From Candidatus Velthaea sp. (GTDB lineage: Bacteria > Vulcanimicrobiota > Vulcanimicrobiia > Vulcanimicrobiales > Vulcanimicrobiaceae): a DNA stretch of 64,000 nt. The notes beneath the pieces are model-generated. The model was not told the origin of the DNA, made no database searches, and was given only the letters and a program-made list of their open reading frames with translations. A program made the translations under genes and the position numbers. Of the stretch, positions 28,571 through 38,225 are shown in pieces (position 1 is the first letter of the stretch; every line of letters starts with the position of its first letter). The stretch spans positions 544,001 to 608,000 of the forward strand of contig CBDCCS010000022.1 of NCBI GenBank assembly GCA_965214935.1, written 5' to 3'.

Positions 28571-29442
28571 GCTGCGCTCCGCGCGGCAATCCGCGGACGC
28601 TCGAATGCGAATATGCCGTGGGGAAAATAGCGGGCCGCGAGCAGCACGAGCACGGCTTCGATTCCGAGCACCGCGTAACCCGGCGCACCCGGTGGATGCA
28701 ATGGAACAACCTGCGTCACGAGCGTGTAGAGCAGCGCGACCGACGGCGCGCCCCACGGCGAAGCCGATCCGGCGATGACGCCGATCAACGCAATATCGAG
28801 CGAGAGCCCGAGCGCACTCGTTTGCGGATCGACCGCTAAGCGGTACTCGGCGAAGAACGAACCGGCGACCGACGTTACGAATGCGCCGGCGACGAGTGTC
28901 AACAATTGTAGCGGGCGCGCCGCGATGCCGGACCCGCGCGCCGCAACGGCGTTACTGCGCAGCGCGCGCAGATACATGCCGATGCGTGTGGTTCGCAGCG
29001 CGATGGTCAGCGCTTGGGCGACGCCGAACACGCACAGGGCAAGCACGAGATACGGCCACTTTTCGCTAAATTGCAGATGCAGAAAACCGATTTGGCGTGG
29101 AAACGCATAATGCGTCGTATTGCCCAACCGGATCGTGCGCTGCGCAAGCGGTTCGGCGGCAACGCCGGCGGCAAGCGTGAGCGCACTAAAAACATAACCG
29201 CGGCCACCCAAAAATAAACCGCATCCTGCCGCAACGATAACGGCAGCCAGTGCACCGCCTAAAGCCCCGTACCAGGGCGAACCGCCGCGTAAGTTCGACA
29301 CGGCGACGGCATATGCGCCGATGCCGAAGAACACCGCGTTGCCGAGCGAGACGATCCCGGCGTACGCACCGAGCCAGCACCACGCTTGCGCCAATGTTGC
29401 AAAAACGAGCGCGACGACGAGCGTATCGAGGACCAGATTCAC
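28567..29442 (-). CDS. LivM-like branched-chain amino acid ABC permease
   Basis: GAYAGIVSLGNAVFFGIGAY, GMYLRALRSN..AA..GI, TM helices. Confidence 0.85.
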   Translation of the reverse strand: MNLVLDTLVVALVFATLAQAWCWLGAYAGIVSLGNAVFFGIGAYAVAVSNLRGGSPWYGALGGALAAVIVAAGCGLFLGGRGYVFSALTLAAGVAAEPLAQRTIRLGNTTHYAFPRQIGFLHLQFSEKWPYLVLALCVFGVAQALTIALRTTRIGMYLRALRSNAVAARGSGIAARPLQLLTLVAGAFVTSVAGSFFAEYRLAVDPQTSALGLSLDIALIGVIAGSASPWGAPSVALLYTLVTQVVPLHPPGAPGYAVLGIEAVLVLLAARYFPHGIFAFERPRIAARSAA

Positions 29443-29530
29443 GGCCTTCGTCTCCCCTCCGGCTGCATGAGCCGAGAACTGCTCCCCCGGACTCGCGGTT
29501 TCCCGTCAGCCCCGTTGAAGCGCAGACAAG

Positions 29531-30382
29531 ATGATTTACATCGGAACGTGCGGCTACTCGTATGCCGATTGGAAAGGCGAGTTCTATCCGGTCACGATTC
29601 GGCCGGATGAGATGCTGGCGTACTATGCGCGAACGTTTGCCGCCGTTGAAATCAACGGTACGTATTACCGCGTGCCGCCGATCGCGGTATTCGCCGGGAT
29701 GGCGGCACGCGCGCCGGCCGGTTTTCGCTTTTGCGTTAAATTGCCGGCGGGTGGAACGCACGTTACGGACCTGCCGCACGTGCACCCCGACGTCCGGTTG
29801 CTGCGCCGCAACATGCAGCCGCTTATCGAACGCGGCCTGCTCGCCGCAACGCTCATGCAATTCCCGAATTCGTTTCACCCGGCGCGAGCTTCTTACGATC
29901 GAATCGAGGCCTTACGCGACGAGCTCGACGACCTGACGCTCGTCGCCGAATTTCGCCATCAGGCTTGGCAAACGGATGCGACGCTCGCGTTTCTGCGCGG
30001 CCTCGGCATCGGCTGGGTGAACGTCGACATGCCCGCGCTGGACACGCTCATGCGTCCGAGCGCAGACGTCACCACGCCGGTCGGGTACGTGCGCTTCCAC
30101 GGCCGCAACGCCGGTCAGTGGTGGCAAGGCGATAACATTACGCGTTACGACTACGAGTATAACGCCGAGGAGCTCGGGCCGTGGGCAGACCGGCTCATCG
30201 ATATTGCCGCGAATCCTGAAGTGCGTGAAGTTCTGAGCTTTTTCAACAACCATCGGCGCGGACAAGCCGCGCGCAACGCAAAGCTGTTCGATGCGATGGT
30301 ACGCGGACGTTTTCCGGGCGCCGTCGCCCGGTTGGCCGGCGCGCCGCCCGTCGAGCAACTCGGCTTCGATCTAGGTCCGTAG
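29531..30382 (+). CDS. DUF72 family protein
   Basis: IGTCGYSYADWKG.FYP, VEINGTYY, QFP, AEFRH, YVRFHGRN, YDYEY, FFNNH. Confidence 0.92.
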   Translation: MIYIGTCGYSYADWKGEFYPVTIRPDEMLAYYARTFAAVEINGTYYRVPPIAVFAGMAARAPAGFRFCVKLPAGGTHVTDLPHVHPDVRLLRRNMQPLIERGLLAATLMQFPNSFHPARASYDRIEALRDELDDLTLVAEFRHQAWQTDATLAFLRGLGIGWVNVDMPALDTLMRPSADVTTPVGYVRFHGRNAGQWWQGDNITRYDYEYNAEELGPWADRLIDIAANPEVREVLSFFNNHRRGQAARNAKLFDAMVRGRFPGAVARLAGAPPVEQLGFDLGP

Positions 30383-33241
30383 CAGAGCCGCTGCATCGTT
30401 GTTGAGCCGTACTCGGACACTTGCACCGCCGCCCGCCGAAGTGCCGACGTGCACCTCGCGGCTCAAGCAGTGGAGTAACTGCAATCCGCGGCCGTGTTCG
30501 GCGAACATGCCGACCGCCGTTGCAACCGGTACGAAACCAGGCCCGGCATCGTCGAGCTGAATCGTCGCGCTGCCGTCGCGATCGATCGTGCAGCGCGCGA
30601 CGACCGGCCCGGGCGCATGCCGAACGGCGTTGGCGATGAGTTCACCGAAGGCAAGTTCCGCTGCGTACTGTTCGTGCGGAAGCCGGCGCGCGACGAGCGC
30701 GCCGATTTCGCGCCGCGCCAGCCCGGCGGCACGAGCGTCGGTTGAAAGAAAGCGCCATTCGCGCTCTTCGCCGGGCGCCTCGGCCGGAAAGCGGTCGATC
30801 GTCGCGGTGAGAATCGCGATGTCGTCGGTGGCATCTTCGGCGGCGAGCACCCGCTGGCGAATCGCCGCCGCAAGCTGTTCGATCCCGGCGCCGGCAAGCT
30901 CCGCAATAGCGGCTTCAATACGCCGTTCGCCGTCTTCGAGATCGCGACCGAACTCCATGAGTCCGTCGGTGTAGAGCGTCAACGTGCACGGCGCATGCAG
31001 GTTAAGCGTAAAATCGACGCCGTCGTCTTCGCGTAAGCCGATCGGTAGACCGGAGCTGGCAAGCTTGATGACCTGCGTGCCGTCGAAAAGCAACGGCGCC
31101 GGGTGGCCGGCCGTCGCGTACGAAAACCGCCCGGTTTGCATGTCGAGCGCACCGAAGATTGCGGTAACGAAGACCGTCCGGCCGCTTGCGACGAGCAGCC
31201 GGCTCGCGCGATCGAGCACTGCCGACGGCTCGGCGAGCTCGAATGCCGCCGCCCGCAGCGCCTGGCGGATCTCCCCCATGATGACGGCGGCTTCGAGACC
31301 GTGTCCCGTCACATCGCCGATCGTGAGCGCAACGCGCCCGTCGGGTAAGGCAAACGCATCGTAGAAGTCGCCTCCGACGCGCTGCGATTCGCTTGCGGCC
31401 GAGTAGCTGGCCGAGAAACGAATGTGTTCGAGATGCGGCAACTGCGCCGGCAGCATCGCGCGCTGGAGCGCATCGGCCGTCGCCCGCTCGCGTTCGTACA
31501 ACCGCGCATGTTCGAGCGACAGCGCCGCGCGCCGCGCAACGTCGCGCACGAAACTCACATCGTCGCCCGAGATCGTACGATCGCTGCCGAACACCAGTGA
31601 AAGCGTGCCGATCCCAGCGTCGCCGTTCCAAAGCGGCACGATGATTGCGGCCGCTGCGGCGAGCTGACGGTAAACGTCCCGATCGCGCGCATTCGGCAAC
31701 GTCGTAGCAAACGCGCGCGCATTCGGGATAACGATCGGTTCACCGCGTGCGACGATCCGCTCGAGCGCCGACTGCATGTCGGATTCGACCGGCCGGCCGA
31801 CGAGCGTGCGCAGCAGCGCGGTTTCGGCCGGCCGGACACTCGCGGCTGCAGCCGGCACGAAGCGGCCGTCTTCGTCGATCAAATCGATCTGACACCAGTC
31901 ACCGAGTCGCGGCACGACCAGGCCGGTAACGGAGTTCAACGTTGTCGCGATATCGATCGACGCGGCAAGCCGTTCGCTGACCGTTGAAAGAAACGACTCG
32001 CGCTCTTCGATGCGCTTGGCAACATCGATGTCGGTGCTCGTTGCGATCCAGCGCACGGTCTTGCCCCGTCCGTCGCGAACGGCCAATGCATTGAGCAGGA
32101 ACCAGCGGCAGCGGCCGCTCGCGTCGCACAAACGGTATTCGCGGCTTAACGGATCGCCGGAGGCGAGCGCAGCACGCCAGCGATCGGCGGTGCCGTCGCG
32201 ATCGTCGGGATACACCGCGCGCAGCCAACCCTCATCGTTCGATTGCGCGAGGTCGAGACCGGCGTAAGCGATCCAGCGATCGTTGACATACTCGAGATTG
32301 CCGCGCGCGTCGGTCGTCCAGATGAGTTGCGGCAGCGTGTTGGCCAACAGGCGATAACGCTGTTCACCCTCGGCGATAGCGACCGCATCGATCTCCGTTC
32401 GTTCCGTCAAACGCGCGTTTCGCGACGCCAAGCGCACGAGCAGATCGTTGATCTTCACGAAGAAGACGTACAACAACAGCGAACCCGCGACGAGATGATC
32501 GAATCGGCCGGCATACCAGCCGAGTGAAAAGCGCTCGTCCGCAATACTCGCACTGACGTATTCGGACAGCAAGCAAAGTGCCACGACGAAGAGCCAGACG
32601 TGCGCCACCGTGCGGATGCGCGCCGAGGCAATGACGACGAGCACGACCACATACTCGCCGATGAGAAACGGAACGAGGACGTCGGCCATGATCGGGGTGA
32701 GACTGCGGCCGACCGACGTCGCCGGAAGGCTGTCACCAAAGCGAATGCATGCCGCAACCGCTGCAAAGATGGCCGCGAACACGAGCACGGCGACGGTGCG
32801 CATGTTCGTCCGCGAGATAGCGCGCGGAGAGCGCTCGAACATGGCAAAGGCTACGATCGCGGCGCCGAAACACATTTGGTCGAGAAAGTAGAGCCAGCCC
32901 GACGTGTGCGGCCGCGCCCCGAGCAGTCCGTTCGCGGCGAAGACGTTGGGATAAACGAGCATCCAGGCGACGCCGGTGACGGCCGCCACGCCGTAGGCGA
33001 TGGCGAGCATCGCCAACTGCGCGAGACCCGTTATCCGCCATTGGACGAAGAACAGAACGGCGGTAAGAATCTGGGCCAGCGAGATTGCGGAAAAAACCGC
33101 CGGGATGAAACTCGGGATCTCGGGCAGCCGGTGCGCCGACACCGGGACGAGCAACGCGAAGATTAAGAGTACGACCGCACCGAGACCGATCGCCACGTTC
33201 CGCTCGCGCGGCGTAGCGACGGCTGTGGCGATGTTCTCCAT
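30371..33241 (-). CDS. Membrane sensor phosphatase: MASE4-PAS-GAF-SpoIIE(PP2C)-HATPase(RsbW-like)
   Basis: TM block with FSLGWYAGR; PAS YVNDRW...VYPDD; GAF SLEHARLY; PP2C VGGDFYD, GDVTGHG, YTDGL, DDIAIL; ELIANAVRH, EHGRGL. Confidence 0.9.
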   Translation of the reverse strand: MENIATAVATPRERNVAIGLGAVVLLIFALLVPVSAHRLPEIPSFIPAVFSAISLAQILTAVLFFVQWRITGLAQLAMLAIAYGVAAVTGVAWMLVYPNVFAANGLLGARPHTSGWLYFLDQMCFGAAIVAFAMFERSPRAISRTNMRTVAVLVFAAIFAAVAACIRFGDSLPATSVGRSLTPIMADVLVPFLIGEYVVVLVVIASARIRTVAHVWLFVVALCLLSEYVSASIADERFSLGWYAGRFDHLVAGSLLLYVFFVKINDLLVRLASRNARLTERTEIDAVAIAEGEQRYRLLANTLPQLIWTTDARGNLEYVNDRWIAYAGLDLAQSNDEGWLRAVYPDDRDGTADRWRAALASGDPLSREYRLCDASGRCRWFLLNALAVRDGRGKTVRWIATSTDIDVAKRIEERESFLSTVSERLAASIDIATTLNSVTGLVVPRLGDWCQIDLIDEDGRFVPAAAASVRPAETALLRTLVGRPVESDMQSALERIVARGEPIVIPNARAFATTLPNARDRDVYRQLAAAAAIIVPLWNGDAGIGTLSLVFGSDRTISGDDVSFVRDVARRAALSLEHARLYERERATADALQRAMLPAQLPHLEHIRFSASYSAASESQRVGGDFYDAFALPDGRVALTIGDVTGHGLEAAVIMGEIRQALRAAAFELAEPSAVLDRASRLLVASGRTVFVTAIFGALDMQTGRFSYATAGHPAPLLFDGTQVIKLASSGLPIGLREDDGVDFTLNLHAPCTLTLYTDGLMEFGRDLEDGERRIEAAIAELAGAGIEQLAAAIRQRVLAAEDATDDIAILTATIDRFPAEAPGEEREWRFLSTDARAAGLARREIGALVARRLPHEQYAAELAFGELIANAVRHAPGPVVARCTIDRDGSATIQLDDAGPGFVPVATAVGMFAEHGRGLQLLHCLSREVHVGTSAGGGASVRVRLNNDAAALLRT

Positions 33242-33305
33242 CCCGCGCGGCACGCGTCCGGCGTTCAGCTTACGGTCGATGAGTGGAAACTCCGTAGGTT
33301 AAGGA

Positions 33306-33950
33306 TTAGTGCGCTTGCGAGCGCCGTGCGGCAAACTGATCGGCGGCCTCGGCAATCGCTTTGAGTCCAATTTCGGTCATTCCGGCAGCGACATTATTAC
33401 CGTGATGCACTTTGCTCGCCGTCGTTACGGTTCGCCAGGCGACCTTACCGCGACAGTCGACGAGGAACAGCTTATATTGCGCCTTGATCGGTAGCCGGTC
33501 GAGTGCGCCGGCCCCGGAGATGATGCCGCCGACGTACGGGACGAAGCCCGTAATAAATTCCGGAACGTTAAACCCGCTCGTGCGGCCGAAGCGCATCGCG
33601 CTGATCAAGATGCCCGCTGCATTATACTGAACGCAAATGGCATGTGCATTCGAGACGGCTTCAACGGCGTCGGTCGGCGTGCCGAGTGCCGAACGAATTC
33701 GCCGCTCGGAAAGGTCTTCCGAAAATTCTTGCGTGGCGTTGGCCAAAATCGGATCGACGTCGCCCGGCTCGCCGAACGGCACAATGACGTAGAGCGGCGA
33801 CGCGAACGACGGTGGCGCCGCCCGCGTCTGGGCCGGCGCGGCCAGCGGCGCGGTAACGAGTCCAAGCAGACCGGCCCAAACGACGGCAAGCATCGTCAGA
33901 ACAACGCGCAGCCGGACCATCAGCGTTCCCGCCGGCCGGCGCTCGCTCAA
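33306..33950 (-). CDS. Hypothetical exported/membrane-anchored protein
   Basis: Hydrophobic signal-like N-terminus; TTG start overlaps larE stop (alternative ATG ~33920). Confidence 0.7.
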   Translation of the reverse strand: MSERRPAGTLMVRLRVVLTMLAVVWAGLLGLVTAPLAAPAQTRAAPPSFASPLYVIVPFGEPGDVDPILANATQEFSEDLSERRIRSALGTPTDAVEAVSNAHAICVQYNAAGILISAMRFGRTSGFNVPEFITGFVPYVGGIISGAGALDRLPIKAQYKLFLVDCRGKVAWRTVTTASKVHHGNNVAAGMTEIGLKAIAEAADQFAARRSQAH

Positions 33951-34771
33951 TGAGCTCCGTTGAGATTCCCCTGAACGTATCCGCCCAAGTCGAGCGCTAC
34001 GAAGCGGTAACCCGCGTTGCGTACACCGGTCACGATCGCCTCGCGTACGACCGGATCGTTGAATGCTGCGATCTCGCCCGGCGGCACTTCGATGCGCGCA
34101 ACTTCGCCGTGATGACGGACGCGGCAGACCCGGATGCCCGCGTCGTGAACGGCTTCTTCCGCCCGGTCGACTTGGCGCAGCAATTCGAGCGTGATCGGCG
34201 TGCCGTACGGAAAACGTGACGATAGACAGGCCAAAGCCGGTTTATCCCACACGTCGAGTCCCAGTTCGCGCGCGAGTTCACGCACGTCGGCCTTGGTGAA
34301 ACCGGCTTCGGCCAGCGGACTGCGCACGCCGTTTTCGCGCGCCGCCTTACGGCCCGGCCGGTAGTCGCCCTCGTCATCGAGATTGAAGCCGTCGACGATT
34401 GCAACGAAGCCGCGCTGATCGGCCATCTCGCGTAACTTCGTATACAGTTCGCTTTTGCAAAAATAACAGCGGTTTACCGGATTGGCCGCATAGCTGGGAT
34501 CGTGCAGCTCGCGGGTTTCGATCACTTCATGTGCGGCTCCGGCCGTCCCCGCAAACGCGATCGCCCCGCTGAATTCACGCTCCGCAAGACTTTCCGAACG
34601 GCCGGTGACGCCCAGCGCGCGGGCCCCGAGCTCGGTGGTCGCGACGTGCAGCACGAGCGCGCTGTCGACGCCGCCCGAAAAGGCGACGATGCAGCTGCCG
34701 ATGTCGCGCAAGACAGCGCGTAAGTTCAGTTCCTTGGTTTTGAGGTCAACTAACGGCGTTGTGAGCATCAC
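33947..34771 (-). CDS. larE: LarE ATP-dependent sulfur transferase (NPN cofactor)
   Basis: PP-loop AFSGGVDS, NRCYFCK, DYRPG, ACLSSRFPYG, RVRHHG.VARIEV. Confidence 0.93.
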   Translation of the reverse strand: MMLTTPLVDLKTKELNLRAVLRDIGSCIVAFSGGVDSALVLHVATTELGARALGVTGRSESLAEREFSGAIAFAGTAGAAHEVIETRELHDPSYAANPVNRCYFCKSELYTKLREMADQRGFVAIVDGFNLDDEGDYRPGRKAARENGVRSPLAEAGFTKADVRELARELGLDVWDKPALACLSSRFPYGTPITLELLRQVDRAEEAVHDAGIRVCRVRHHGEVARIEVPPGEIAAFNDPVVREAIVTGVRNAGYRFVALDLGGYVQGNLNGAH

Positions 34772-35984
34772 GTTCTTCTACAGACTCCACGACTGAGGCA
34801 AGTGCATTGACGACGGCAGTAAAGGACAAGTTGCGCTCGCGCGCGATGCGGGCCACATCGTCGTATTCCAGCGTCGCGCGACGGCGGTTGCCGGCGCGTG
34901 CGACCTTAAGCCGGATCTCGCCGAAGACGGTCAGACGCCGCACGATTTCACGAGCGAGCATGAGGCGCGATTCGCGCCGCGTCCGGACGCCCAAACTCGA
35001 TGTCTCGAGCAGCATCGCGCGCGCGCACGCGTTTGCCGCTTCGGGCTTGGCGAGCGCCGACAGCAAAATCGCCGGGCGCTGCTTCTTCATTCCGATCGGT
35101 GCCACCCAGACATCGAGCGCGCCGGCGGCGAAAATCCGCTCGATCGCAAGCTCGAAGGCTTGCGGATTGAGGTCGTCGACGTTGGTCTCGAGGATCACGA
35201 CGTCGTCGGTTTCAAGGTCGCTCACCGCTGCCGGATCGCTTGGAGCAACCGCATCGCCGACGATGACGCGCGTGACGTTGGGAATACTGAAATTGCTGCG
35301 CCCTGCGCCGTAACCGATGCGGTCGAAGCGCATCGCCGGCCGGATCCCCGGATCGCGAACGAGCGTCGACAGAATTGCCGCGGCGGTGGTGGTTACGAGT
35401 TCGCCGTCGACATCGGTTGAGATCGTCGGCGCACCGCGCAACAACTCGGCGGTGGCGGGCGGCGGATTCGGGTAACGGCCATGCTGCATTGCGATCGAGC
35501 CGCGGCCCAGCGGATAGGCCGAGCATGTGAGCCGTTCGATGTCGAGCAATTCCAGCGCGACGCAAACGCCGGCGACGTCGAGTACGGCATCGATTTGCCC
35601 GACCTCATGAAAGTGGATACCGTCGACGGTCGTGCCGTGCACTTTGGCTTCGGCCGCACCTAAACGGCGATAAATTGCACTCGCACGTTCGCGCACGCGA
35701 TCGCTCAAACGCGAGCGCTCGATGAGATCGAGGATGTCGCTCAGATGATACCCGTGCGCCGTCAGCGGGCCGGGCCGGCCATCCTCGCCGGATATTGCAA
35801 AGTCGACATATTCTGCAGCGATGCCGAGTTTATCGGTGCGCCGGCGCTCGAGCGTCCAATCGGTAACCGGTATCGTTCTCAGCGCGCGTTCAACGGCGTC
35901 TGAATCGGCGCCGGCATCGATGAGCGCCCCGAGCAGCATATTGCCGCTCGCGCCGCCGATCATCTCGACGTACGCTACGCGCAA
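34746..35984 (-). CDS. larC: LarC nickel insertase (NPN cofactor)
   Basis: GASGNMLLGALID, AEAKVHG...IHFHEVG, QHG.YPNPPPAT, GELVT, ETNVDD, MKKQRP, ETSSLGVR, EYDD. Confidence 0.92.
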   Translation of the reverse strand: MRVAYVEMIGGASGNMLLGALIDAGADSDAVERALRTIPVTDWTLERRRTDKLGIAAEYVDFAISGEDGRPGPLTAHGYHLSDILDLIERSRLSDRVRERASAIYRRLGAAEAKVHGTTVDGIHFHEVGQIDAVLDVAGVCVALELLDIERLTCSAYPLGRGSIAMQHGRYPNPPPATAELLRGAPTISTDVDGELVTTTAAAILSTLVRDPGIRPAMRFDRIGYGAGRSNFSIPNVTRVIVGDAVAPSDPAAVSDLETDDVVILETNVDDLNPQAFELAIERIFAAGALDVWVAPIGMKKQRPAILLSALAKPEAANACARAMLLETSSLGVRTRRESRLMLAREIVRRLTVFGEIRLKVARAGNRRRATLEYDDVARIARERNLSFTAVVNALASVVESVEERDAHNAVS

Positions 35985-36685
35985 CGCGTACCGATGCCGA
36001 GCATTTTATGAGCGAGCGCTGCGGCGCCGAATCCATTGTCGATATTGACCACGGCAATGCCCGGCGCACACGACGCGAGCATGGAAAGCAACGCTGCGTA
36101 ACCACCGGCGGAGACCCCATAGCCGACGCTGGTCGGAACGGCAATGACCGGCGCGGTGACCAGGCCGGCAACGACGCTGGGCAGTGCGCCTTCCATGCCG
36201 GCGGCGACGATCACGACTTCGCACGCCGCGACGTCGCTGAAATCGGCCAATAACCGATGGATGCCCGCGACGCCGACGTCGCTGCGGACGACCACGTCGT
36301 GGCCGAACGCCTCGAGCGTGAAGCGGGCTTCGCCGGCGATCGGCAGATCGGAGGTACCCGCACAAACGACGGCAACGCGCCGGCCGCTGCGCGCCAAGCG
36401 TCCGCAACGCAGCGCGCGTGCCTCTTCGTCGAAGACAGCCTCGGGCAGCCGTGCGGCAAGCACGGCACCGTCATGCGCGCTCGGGACGCGAGTCGCAAGC
36501 GCGAAGCCTTCGCGCGCATACAACTCACGCATCACGGCTTCGGTTTGCGGCAGCGTTTTCGATGCGGCGAAGACAACCTCGGGGACGCCTGTCCGTTCGG
36601 TGCGCGATATATCGACCCGGGCCAACCCCAGATCGGAAAAGCCGATTCCCCCGTGCATAGACGTTAAGGTTTCCCGGGTAACCAC
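35975..36685 (-). CDS. larB: LarB NaAD carboxylase/hydrolase (PurE-like)
   Basis: RTGVPEVVF..K, AGTSDLP, DVGVAGIHRL, AGMEGALPSV, PTSVGYG, SCAPG, VNIDNGFGAA; start may be ATG 36658. Confidence 0.93.
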   Translation of the reverse strand: MVTRETLTSMHGGIGFSDLGLARVDISRTERTGVPEVVFAASKTLPQTEAVMRELYAREGFALATRVPSAHDGAVLAARLPEAVFDEEARALRCGRLARSGRRVAVVCAGTSDLPIAGEARFTLEAFGHDVVVRSDVGVAGIHRLLADFSDVAACEVVIVAAGMEGALPSVVAGLVTAPVIAVPTSVGYGVSAGGYAALLSMLASCAPGIAVVNIDNGFGAAALAHKMLGIGTRCA

Positions 36686-36753
36686 AATTCTACCCGGGCA
36701 AGCGCTGGGCGCCCGGACGGGAACATCGGCGGCACGGCGTTAAGCTGTCGAGC

Positions 36754-38100
36754 ATGGCGATCGAAATGCGCGACCTTAAGACGACGCATAAGCAACACGT
36801 TCTGACTCCGTGGTCGGCCCAAGCCGCGATCGATCCGCCGCTGATCGTTCGGGCGTCGGGAGTCGCCATGTTCGATGCCGACGGCAAACGCTACATCGAT
36901 GCCTCCTCCGGCTTGATCGCCGTCAATCTCGGCCACGGTCACCCGCACGTCGTCGCTGCGATGAAAGACCAGCTCGACCGCGTGTGCTACGTACCGCCGG
37001 GGCTCTTTAACGATCGGCGCGCGGAGCTGGCGGAAGCATTGGCGGATCTCGCTCCGTGGGACGAGGGTGCGCGCGTGTACTTCACGACCTGCGGCACGAC
37101 CGCGAACGAAGACGCGGTGAAATTAGCGCGCACGGTCAGCGGTCGCGCCAAGGTCATGACGGCATACCGCTCGTTTCACGGCTCGTCGATCGGATCGACG
37201 GCCTTGAGCGGCGAGAACCGGCGCTGGCCCAACGAAGCGTCGGCGATGAGCGGTGTCGTCCGCTTTTTCGCGCCGTATCCCTATCGCAGCCCGTTTTATA
37301 CGCAAGACGCACATGACGAGTGCCGGCGTGCGCTCGACCACGTGCGCGCGGTGATGCTGGCCGAAGATCCCGAGCGCATTGCCGCGCTGTTGATCGAGCC
37401 CGTCGTCGGGTCGAATGGCGTTATCGTCTACCCGGACGGCTATCTTGCCGGACTGCGGAGCCTCTGCGACGAGTTTGGTATTCTGCTTGCGTTCGACGAG
37501 GTGATGACGGGCTTCGGCCGGGTGGGCGCGGCGTTCGGCGGCGCGCGCTTCGGCGTTGCACCCGATTTGATGACGTTTGCCAAAGGCGTGACTTCGGCGT
37601 ACATCCCACTCGGCGGCGTAATCGTGCGCGAGAAATTAGCCGCGCACTTCGACGATAAAGCGATGTGGATGGGCCACACGTACTCCGGTCATCCGCTGGC
37701 CATGGCCGCCGGGATCGCGGCCATCGAAGCCTATCGCTCGGGAGATCTCTTTGCGCGCGGTGCGGCGATGGAGCAGCATCTGCGTACGCGCTTATCGGCG
37801 TTGCAGGCGAAGCACGATATCGTTGGCGACGTGCGCGGCGCCGGTGCCTTTTTCGCGCTTGAATTCGTGAGCGATCGCGTGGCGCGGACGCCGCTCGTCG
37901 CGTGGCAAGGCAAAGGGATGGGCGTCATGCCGGCGCTGTTCGGCTCGCTCCGCAAACGCGGCATCTATGCCTTCGGGCGTTACAACCTCGTACACATTGC
38001 GCCGCCGCTCATCGCGACCGATGCCGACCTCGACGAGATTGCCGACGCATTGGACGGTGCAATCGGCGATTTAGCCGATGCGTGGCACAAAGCGGCGTAA
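36754..38100 (+). CDS. Class III aminotransferase (omega-amino acid/taurine-type)
   Basis: VNLGHGHP, SFHG, FDEVMTGFGR, TFAKG, GHTYSGHP, IAPPL. Confidence 0.92.
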   Translation: MAIEMRDLKTTHKQHVLTPWSAQAAIDPPLIVRASGVAMFDADGKRYIDASSGLIAVNLGHGHPHVVAAMKDQLDRVCYVPPGLFNDRRAELAEALADLAPWDEGARVYFTTCGTTANEDAVKLARTVSGRAKVMTAYRSFHGSSIGSTALSGENRRWPNEASAMSGVVRFFAPYPYRSPFYTQDAHDECRRALDHVRAVMLAEDPERIAALLIEPVVGSNGVIVYPDGYLAGLRSLCDEFGILLAFDEVMTGFGRVGAAFGGARFGVAPDLMTFAKGVTSAYIPLGGVIVREKLAAHFDDKAMWMGHTYSGHPLAMAAGIAAIEAYRSGDLFARGAAMEQHLRTRLSALQAKHDIVGDVRGAGAFFALEFVSDRVARTPLVAWQGKGMGVMPALFGSLRKRGIYAFGRYNLVHIAPPLIATDADLDEIADALDGAIGDLADAWHKAA

Positions 38101-38225
38101 CAGCAGCCGCAGGTTTCTTTCAAACGGCGACCATACTCCCGGGATTTTGTTCGCGCGATGCAAATGTAAGCTGACCGCCCTTGTATTCTGAGGCCAAGCT
38201 TAGCTATGGCTCGGGAGTTTGTTGC

